Assembly (NCBI GenBank): GCA_051294375.1
Contig: JBJCIZ010001353.1
Location: 1-19,710, forward strand
DNA length: 19,710 bases
Reading direction: 5' to 3'
DNA from: Paraspadella gotoi
Lineage: Eukaryota; Animalia; Chaetognatha
In this document: positions 1-6,358 of the stretch, piece by piece
How the letters are laid out: every line of letters starts with the position of its first letter
How positions within the stretch are numbered: the first letter of the stretch is position 1
Notes under the pieces: model-generated
What the model was told of the DNA's origin: nothing
Seen by the model: the letters and a program-made list of their open reading frames with translations, nothing else
The model's database searches: none
Made by a program: the position numbers and the translations under genes

Positions 1-157
1 TAAAACCACCATAACCTGAACAAAGTCAGGATGAATGGCTATTCTATAAAAGTGACCGATTTCATTTTTCACTTTAGCTAATTCTATTTTCTGTCCTTGA
101 ACATCTCACTCTCAGCTCTTAACATCACTCTCTATTCAAATCACTCTTTCCTCATAC

Positions 158-352
158 CAGCATCTTCCCATCAACTGCCTCGACTACATCAGCCTCGATC
201 CCATCTTCTCCATCTTAAACATCATCTCATCTTTCGCTGTGTCGTCGCTTCAAGTTGATGATGTAGACGCGATCCAACCCGAGGTGTCGCGAGGAGGTGG
301 AGTGGAGGTCAGGTTGTGGAGTGAGGGGGGAGGGGGCGATCCCAAAAATCGT
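158..352 (-). CDS. COLGALT1: COLGALT exon, start of GT25 domain; gene continues past position 1
   Basis: HLGLDRVYIINLKRR...GIEADVVEAVDGKML then GTATGA resembles KMGFDEVFMINLRRRQDRR...IECRLVEAVDGKAM; acceptor position approximate. Confidence 0.9.
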
Positions 353-641
353 CGAGGAGAAATGATTGAAGGAATTTTTTAGAGTCGAGATGGAGAAAAA
401 TATAGATTTAAAAGTTTAAATCATACTATTTATAATTTTTTAAAAATTGGCTATTGTGGTCATTGACGAATGCACCTTTATAAATAATGTCATCATCCTC
501 ACCACAAAAGCCGAATGATTTTTTCGGATATCTCTAGCTATTTGCAATTTTGTAGCATTAAGATTATGTTCTTTAAATTTTCATTCGGTTTTCTTAAAAT
601 GTTTGGTATTTATGGTGGACTAAAATCCACTAACCGTTCAT

Positions 642-709
642 GCCCATTGGTGCGGAGGCAAGTCATTCGCCTCCCACCAAAGGTCCGGGGTTCTAGCCCG
701 GTGGTCGCC
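642..709 (+). ncRNA. tRNA-Gly(CCC)-like Pol III head in 5' LTR (not a functional tRNA)
   Basis: A-box TGGTGCGGAGG (648-658), B-box GGTTCTAGCCC (689-699), T-arm CCGGG/CCCGG, D-stem GGTG/CATT, anticodon region CGCCTCCCAC as in tRNA-Gly. Anticodon stem degenerate. Confidence 0.75.
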
Positions 710-787
710 TAGCAGTTTAGAGGGGGACGGGCGCTTATACCCGCTGTAACTCGGTGTTAAGCCTGATCCGAAGCTCAAGGGACTGCT
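710..787 (+). ncRNA. Twister ribozyme, type-P5 (5' LTR copy)
   Basis: TAGCAGTT..GGGG-GA-CGG-GCGCT-TA(T)A-CCC-GC-TGTAAC..GTTAA-G-CCTGA-TCCGAAGC-TCA(A)GG-GACTGCT; same architecture with a few 1-nt indels. Confidence 0.7.
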
Positions 788-839
788 TATATAGAACGGT
801 TCTGTCATTAACACTTATCAATAATTACTGTCTTTCCAT

Positions 840-852
840 TGGTGAGCCCGAC
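840..852 (+). promoter_or_regulatory. Primer-binding site, tRNA-Trp-like
   Basis: TGGTGAGCCCGAC matches 12/13 to the tRNA-Trp PBS TGGTGACCCCGAC(GTGAT) known from avian retroviruses; directly after LTR1. Confidence 0.75.
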
Positions 853-1013
853 TTCCGAACACAACAGCAACAACAACACTTTCAGGCGACATGCTCAACT
901 GGCGATGCCACTTTCCGCCCACAACACATCAGGCGACAGCCTCAACTTTGGTGACGAAACTTTTCCACCAACAACAACAATTCACTGAAGAGACGCAACA
1001 GACTTCTCCCTAC

Positions 1014-1022
1014 GGAGGGGGG
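1014..1022 (+). promoter_or_regulatory. Polypurine tract
   Basis: GGAGGGGGG ending 1 nt before the TG of LTR2. Confidence 0.8.
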
Positions 1023-1053
1023 CTGTATGTGGACTAAAACACTAAGTTCATCA

Positions 1054-1129
1054 GCGGGCCATTTGGTGCCGGAGGCAAGTCATTCGCCTCTCCCAACCTC
1101 AAAGGTCGGGTTCTAGCCGGTGGTTCGCC
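1054..1129 (+). ncRNA. tRNA-like Pol III head in 3' LTR
   Basis: Acceptor stem GCGG(G)CCA / TGGT(T)CGC; A- and B-box-like motifs as in LTR1. Confidence 0.7.
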
Positions 1130-1207
1130 TAGCAGTTTAGAGGGACGGGCGCTTAACCCGCCTGTAACTCGGGTTTACAGCCTGATCCGAAGCTCAGGGA
1201 CTGGCTA
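1130..1207 (+). ncRNA. Twister ribozyme, type-P5 circular permutation, minimal P1 (3' LTR copy)
   Basis: P5 TAGCAGTT/GACTG(G)CTA; P2' G-run then GA-CGG; linker GCGCT; TAA (1154-1156); P2 CCC; GC (T2); P3 CTGTAAC/GTT(T)ACAG; P4 CCTGA/TCAGG; L4 TCCGAAGC (canonical UCCCAAGC). T1 is CCG/CGG instead of CCC/GGG. Confidence 0.8.
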
Positions 1208-1277
1208 TAAAGGAACGGTTCTGTCTTAACACTTATCAATAATTACTGGTCTCTTCAGTATGATCAATTCGCGTTAC

Positions 1278-1308
1278 TTTTAAAAATCATTCATAATCAT
1301 TCGTTATC
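1278..1308 (-). CDS. COLGALT1: Possible COLGALT micro-exon
   Basis: TAG acceptor and GTAACG donor bracket 31 nt where a short linker (QDEAESFMHVQL-like) is expected; peptide similarity is weak. Confidence 0.35.
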
Positions 1309-1367
1309 CTATACAAAATCCCCAAATTGCCACAACCACCATTTTAAAATATTTATTAGTCCCTAAC

Positions 1368-1478
1368 CCCAAGAAGACTGGAACTTTCGTCCGGAAATGG
1401 GACACCGACGAAAACTCTTCGTTCGAGACCAAGGCGGGAAGATGAGGCGACGAGCATTGTAGTTGAAAGATTGAACGT
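1368..1478 (-). CDS. COLGALT1: COLGALT exon
   Basis: DVQSFNYNARRL.LPALVSNEEF.G resembles [27 protein letters not shown]/GT boundaries. Confidence 0.75.
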
Positions 1479-1536
1479 CTGAAAGTGAAAGAGATTAGGA
1501 AAGAAAGACAGAAAGATAGCTAGAACAGTGCAATAC

Positions 1537-1679
1537 GGAACATTAGAAAACGTCGCCCCTCTTAAACGATAATTCTTTCGACCTCTCCGACATCAACCAG
1601 AATGCTGAAATGGACGACGGAACTGAAAAGACGCCCGATTTTGTTTCGCCTCACGATGTCCACATAATCCTCGCTGCGG
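1537..1679 (-). CDS. COLGALT1: COLGALT exon
   Basis: RSEDYVDIVRRNKIG(VFSVP)VVHFSILVDV..SKELSF resembles [38 protein letters not shown]. Confidence 0.85.
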
Positions 1680-2018
1680 CTGAAAGTGAAATTAGAGAAA
1701 ATGAAAAGACAAGAACTTTACTTGTTCAATCGAGATATGTATTTTTCATCTTTTTAAAATGAGTTTTCTTAATATACGTAACACCAACAGACAGACAGAC
1801 CGAAAGATCTCATTTTATGAAATTTAAAAATTGGAAGAAAAATTAAGAAGGAGAAAGAATATTGTAAAGAAACCTGGGAAGAAATGCTGCGGAGATACTA
1901 ATTACTAGGACTTGAATCCATTGTCTATCTTTACGAATTTACAGCATAATGACATTATGTACTACTATTTTCACACAATAATCTCGATTTAACATTAAAA
2001 TGAACTTTCGCATCTCAC

Positions 2019-2134
2019 GATAGTAAAATCTTCGTCGAAATCGCCCAGAAATTCGAGTAAAGTGACCAACGTGAAGGTAGGGCTGTCAGAAGGCGGAGCA
2101 ATCATGCTTCGATGTGAAACAGCTTCGTCAAATA
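2019..2134 (-). CDS. COLGALT1: COLGALT exon
   Basis: MIAPLL..SLYSNFW(G)DFDEDFYY resembles [25 protein letters not shown]. Confidence 0.85.
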
Positions 2135-2216
2135 CTGAGGGAAATATTAACAATAAAATTATAAATTATTAATTATCGGACGCTCGATTTAATGAATAAA
2201 CAACAGACAATTTAAC

Positions 2217-2326
2217 CGGATGGATTTCGTACGATGACATCGGAATCGAGATTAAAAGACGAAATTGATTCCCTTTTGGTCTCCAAATCCAGCGCCGCCT
2301 CGCGATGAACCGTGATCGTTGAAAAT
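2217..2326 (-). CDS. COLGALT1: COLGALT exon (DxD motif)
   Basis: HREAALDL..KGINFVFNLDSDVIVRNP resembles [29 protein letters not shown]. Confidence 0.85.
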
Positions 2327-2563
2327 CTATGGATGTGACAAAAGACAGATTGTAAAATTAAATGTTTATTAAACATTTACCATGAATGGACTGTTACAGT
2401 TTATTATGTTATTATCTTGTAAAAGGGAATGGAGGTCTTAAAACTCCCATTAAGGCCATAGCCTTCTTAAGCTAAGAGGCTTCACAGAGCTTAGACTTTC
2501 ACTTGCATAATATAACAGTAATACAAAAACAATTAATCCCAATGAGACATTGCAAAGGCAGAC

Positions 2564-2687
2564 CTCTCGTCGTCCAGTCATTGAGCCGTCGCTCTCCGAT
2601 GTAACCCTTTTTGGCGAATCATCCACGATCGGATTGACCTCAGCGTAGAATTGAGACACATGCTTCAACCCATTGATTTAAATAGAT
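2564..2687 (-). CDS. COLGALT1: COLGALT exon
   Basis: IYLNQWLKHVSQFYAEVNPIVDDSPK..DW resembles [30 protein letters not shown]/GT boundaries. Confidence 0.8.
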
Positions 2688-2785
2688 CTGCAATACCGTG
2701 AAGTTAAAGGTTGTAATGTACAATAGTACAATGTACGTAAAACTATGAGTTCCTACTATTCAGCTCCTTTCCTCCGGCGACCTAC

Positions 2786-3057
2786 TTGTGGAGTCGTCAC
2801 GCTGGTGGTCGCATCTGACGAAGAGGCTCGTCCTTGCTCTCGGATGTTGAAGAAGTCGAGGCCTCCGAGGAAGTGGGGAGGGTGTGGCTTTGTTGCGGAC
2901 GAGGATGACGAGGAGGCGGAAGGAGGAGGAGGAGAGGAGGATGCGATCGGATCTCCTTTGGACATTTTCGTCTTCGCGACAAAGTCAGAAATCGGCGTCC
3001 ACAGAAAAAGTCAAGAATATTGTGTGATGGACCATTCATGGCTCCTGTTTCGTTCAT
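2786..3057 (-). CDS. COLGALT1: Procollagen galactosyltransferase (GT25), first coding exon; start codon uncertain
   Basis: Frameshift-corrected LLVILVRNKAHTLPHFLGGLDFFN(Y)PRARTSLFVRCDHQRDDS resembles COLGALT [42 protein letters not shown]; GT donor at 2785. Confidence 0.85.
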
Positions 3058-3904
3058 GGCGGGACGCCTTCCTCAAGTGAACCAATTGTAAGATCAATAG
3101 AAATTGTATTCGTTATCACTTAAGACAAAAAATTACTTTCTTAGGAGTTATAGAGAGTTGAAAAATAATGGTTTGAAGTTTTACGTGCGTGTCGTAGCGG
3201 GACTGAGAACCGGTTTAAACAGGCAACAGTCCGAAAAAGCCATTAGCTACATAAATCGTTGCGAGATATTATACCTTTTTCAAATTAGTTTCGCTTATCA
3301 AAATTGTGTTTCTTGTGTTACGCTAATAGGTTAATTAAAAGAATATATTTTGGTCAACCTTAAGACTAATGCAAAAGTATTAGTACTCATCTTTGGTTAG
3401 CTTAGTTTAGCCTTGAATTTTAAATTATGGTCAACCTTTCCTTTTTCATGCGCAAAAATAAGAAAATGAGCAATGATGAAACTAATATTTATTTCAATTT
3501 GACGTCAAAAACGGTAAAATAATGAAGTTACAATGAGGTTTACAAGACAACAAAGAATTTTACATTTCGTAGTCTCTCATTGTCTAGTGCGATAATGATT
3601 AATGATACCGATCGGGGAGTTTTTTTTTAAAATTCCTTAAAAGCAACCAAAAATGTTACAATAAATAACTTTGTACGAGAGTTGTTTGCTAATTACTAAT
3701 TAGGAGTTAATCCAGGGATCAAATCTATAAATTTTAATAACAATAATCAATAAAACCAAGAGTAAAACGTAAAAAATAAAGGAGTGGTGACTTAAATAAA
3801 TATCAAATGGGCAAAAAAGTCATAAAAAAGACGAAGTTAGACAAGTTTTCCTTAAATAATACGTATTTCATGTAAAAATTCTTTTCTTGCCATGCTATCA
3901 ACGA

Positions 3905-4232
3905 CTAAATAACAAGTGAAGCAGCAAGCAAAGTTTTCCAGTCAAAGCATACTAGTTTATACCCAATACTTCCAAACTGATTGGCTTCCTCCAAGAGACG
4001 TGGCCTGCCCGCCTCTGGATTCTCCATCGTTACTCTCAAATTCCCTCGACAGGCAACAGAACCACTAACGCCCTCTTCCCGTCTTCAGTTGTAGTCATTC
4101 CTTGATGCACAGACGAATTGGGATTGGCTGATTAGCGAATGGATAACGCCGCCGTGAGGACAGCACTTGTCGCAGGAGGCTGGAGCTGGAGCCGACGCAA
4201 CAATTCGCGCAACAACGAATGCAGGACCCGTC
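3905..4232 (-). CDS. Probable terminal exon of the innexin-like gene
   Basis: GC-richer block with TTTAG acceptor; frame broken by errors, stop position uncertain. Confidence 0.3.
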
Positions 4233-4531
4233 CTAAATGATCGATTTAAAAATTATTGTTTCAATAGAATCGTTTTGAATTCAATTTCAAACTTTTCTCT
4301 AATCGAAAACGAAAGGATTACAATGGCAAATAATATTACATAAATCCGATCATATTAATCTGATTCAGTCCATTAACAATGATGGTATTAAAATAAAACA
4401 AAGATATGAAGCGTGAAATCGAAAGTTTTGCCTCGCTCCCTATAGTCAATAAGTCTAAAAATAATTAACAATTAACAACAGACGTCATTAAATATCTGAA
4501 TGAAATTAGTTGTAGATGTTTATTTCGATAC

Positions 4532-4735
4532 CTTGTACAATGCAGTCGCTAGCCAATATAGACACCCAAACGCTAGATGGTGAAATGATAGATGGCGAAT
4601 AGGATAAAAATGATCTCCGTTAAGCGATATCAGCGTCGACACGTACATGTCTGTTGGCGGGTAGTACCAGTTTCGCTTCCGTGTGATTATATTCCCCATC
4701 GTCCATTTTGTCGTACAGTTATTCCTCGGGGGGAA
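4532..4735 (-). CDS. Innexin-like exon (extracellular loop 2 and TM4)
   Basis: FPPRNNCT..DDGEYNHTEAK.VLPAN..STLISLTEIIFILFAIY..GCLYWL resembles the innexin FPRxTxC...CVLPxN..EKIYIFLWFW...LLYW signature. Confidence 0.55.
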
Positions 4736-4944
4736 CTAGAGTTAGTTAAACGTATTATTAGTAACTAAAATTAAATAATTACCCCGATACTAGTATACTT
4801 TGTTGGTATTTTTACATTTATACATGAAAGGCCAGGTTCTCTACAAGAGAGTCTTGTATGTTAATTGAAAATTGCAAAGTCTGCTATGTTATTATCTTTT
4901 AAGAGGGATGAAAACTAACCCCTAGGGCATAGCCTGTCAAATAA

Positions 4945-5478
4945 TTGAACTTCAAGTTCTCTCAAAAAATTTCTTTTTTCCTTTATAACTACAATCGATT
5001 TTCAATGAAAACTTTGAATTAGTTCATTGGGTTGTGCACTCAAGCTTTTAAATAATTTTTAGATATATAACAAAAGACAAAAATTTTTTAAAAATTATAT
5101 TTTTAAGAACGGATTCCTATAGAGCTTAAAAAAGTAATGAAAGTTATTACACATTTTTAAAAATTTTGACATAAATTAGGTTAAAGAAAGAACTTAAAAA
5201 ATCAATCGATCATCATTGGGCGGAATTTTATAGTTTTTTAAAAATTTTCAATTAATAAAACAAAAAAATTTAAAAAGTGTATTAATAACCTTTATCTAAC
5301 TTATTAATAGTCTGTCGAATCTATTAAAAAAAAAAATTGAAAATTGAAAAGATTTTTAACTTTATATAGTATAAAAATAATCTTTAAATGGCTTTCCCTG
5401 TGGCTTCAATTAACTAAAGAATTAATAAAATATTAATCATTTCATTCCCTCAAGCAAGCATATTTAAGCTTAATTTTA
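4945..5478. mobile_element. Degenerate AT-rich palindromic (MITE/foldback-like) insert
   Basis: ~5050-5170 (..GGATTC..AAGTAATGAAAGTTATTACACATTTTTAAAAATTTTG) is an imperfect reverse complement of ~5260-5390; outer limits uncertain. Confidence 0.5.
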
Positions 5479-5492
5479 TATATGACGACGAC

Positions 5493-6041
5493 CTAGTATC
5501 AACTCCGGCACCTTAGAGCGGTTCCTTCAAAAGTACGTTGCAATAAATATTTCCTTGTATGACTTTACAGTTATTAATTTTGTATTTTAGTCTGTACCAT
5601 TTCGGAGATAACTTTTACATAGTCTACAATGGACCCACATTCATATCCCACATCGTATTCGACTGATCGTCATAATACTCACGTCCCCGATCACTCACTT
5701 GCCTCTCAAAAACGAAATCTACGACTTAGCAAAGGATCGATTGGAAACATAGTAAGATGTCTCGCATGTTGACACAGATTGATTTCCAGTGCGGCGGACG
5801 ATAAATTGCTTCATACGCCCACAATGAACGTAGAACAGGTGTCTCAGCCGCTCGAGAGCATGGCCATCACGCATCGTCTGACGACATCCGTCGTTTAGCG
5901 TAGCGACGACCGTAGAGACGAGAAGAACGAGCTAATGGCGGCGATTGGTTGACGGTCGCTGTAAAGTTGGTGCCGCGCGGGGCGTCATTTGTTGGTGACC
6001 CGTGAATCTTACGGCGAATTTGGGCCAGGGCGGGTTGGGTT
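5493..6041 (-). CDS. Innexin-like exon (loop 1, TM2, cytoplasmic loop, start of TM3); 3' boundary uncertain
   Basis: Frameshifted fragments VATLNDGC, DILLCFQSIL, IVDYVK and IATYF.KEPL fall in the order expected for innexin motifs. Confidence 0.35.
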
Positions 6042-6146
6042 CTTAGAAGAGGGGAGAATTAGATATCATTAGTGTTAGTGTAGATAGATACAATGCGAAT
6101 GTAACCGATGACCATATGTGAAATGATGCATACGTTAAAGGCTCAC

Positions 6147-6358
6147 TCGCGCTATGTCTCGATCTCGAGCATTTTCCAGTTAGATCGAATAGTGCGTACA
6201 GATACATAAGATTCCACCGTCATAGTGAGCCAAAGTTTCGACGAAAGCAAATAAAACTGACGAAATGAGTGCTACACAAAGAGGGATAACTGCAACTGTC
6301 TATACGAGATCACAGTAACCGCTTGTTCGGTGACGACTTCTATGGCTTGAGGCGAATC
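6147..6358 (-). CDS. Innexin/pannexin-like gene, TM1 exon
   Basis: RHRTSGYCDLV.TVAVIPLCVALISSVLFAFVETLAHYDGGILC: hydrophobic helix then G-x-I-x-C, like the first loop Cys of innexins; AG/GT boundaries. Confidence 0.45.

Larger units (their letters stand above)
610..838 (+). repeat. 5' LTR
   Basis: Colinear with 1024-1257 apart from mostly 1-nt indels; ends in CA followed by the PBS. Confidence 0.9.
610..1257 (+). mobile_element. Non-autonomous mini LTR retrotransposon (TRIM) with tRNA-like sequence and twister ribozyme in both LTRs
   Basis: Direct repeats 610-838 and 1024-1257 (LTR2 TGTATG...TCTTCA; LTR1 TTATG...TTTCCA). GTAT flanks both sides (606-609, 1258-1261). PBS TGGTGAGCCCGAC 1 nt after LTR1; PPT GGAGGGGGG just before LTR2; 185-bp non-coding interior. 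Confidence 0.9.
1024..1257 (+). repeat. 3' LTR
   Basis: Starts TG after the PPT, ends CA before the TSD. TATA-like CTATAAAG near 1205 and AATAAT near 1238. Confidence 0.9.

Noticed and set aside
608-802. Hammerhead ribozyme built from the GTGGA/TCCAC hairpin and ACCGTTC/GAACGGT stem
   Set aside because: Neither copy has CUGANGA or GAAA (both read TAA) and no stem I can be formed.
840-990. CRISPR-like array
   Set aside because: Only three degenerate units without unique spacers, inside a eukaryotic retroelement.
610-1257. Two independent tRNA-SINE copies, or two tRNA genes
   Set aside because: TG..CA ends, PBS, PPT and one TSD around the pair define a single LTR element; the anticodon arm is not intact.
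5480-5680. Inverted (+ strand) innexin TM3 exon (FLQKYVAINIS..HFGDNFY)
   Set aside because: No + strand splice sites, and the minus strand gives an equally plausible colinear reading.
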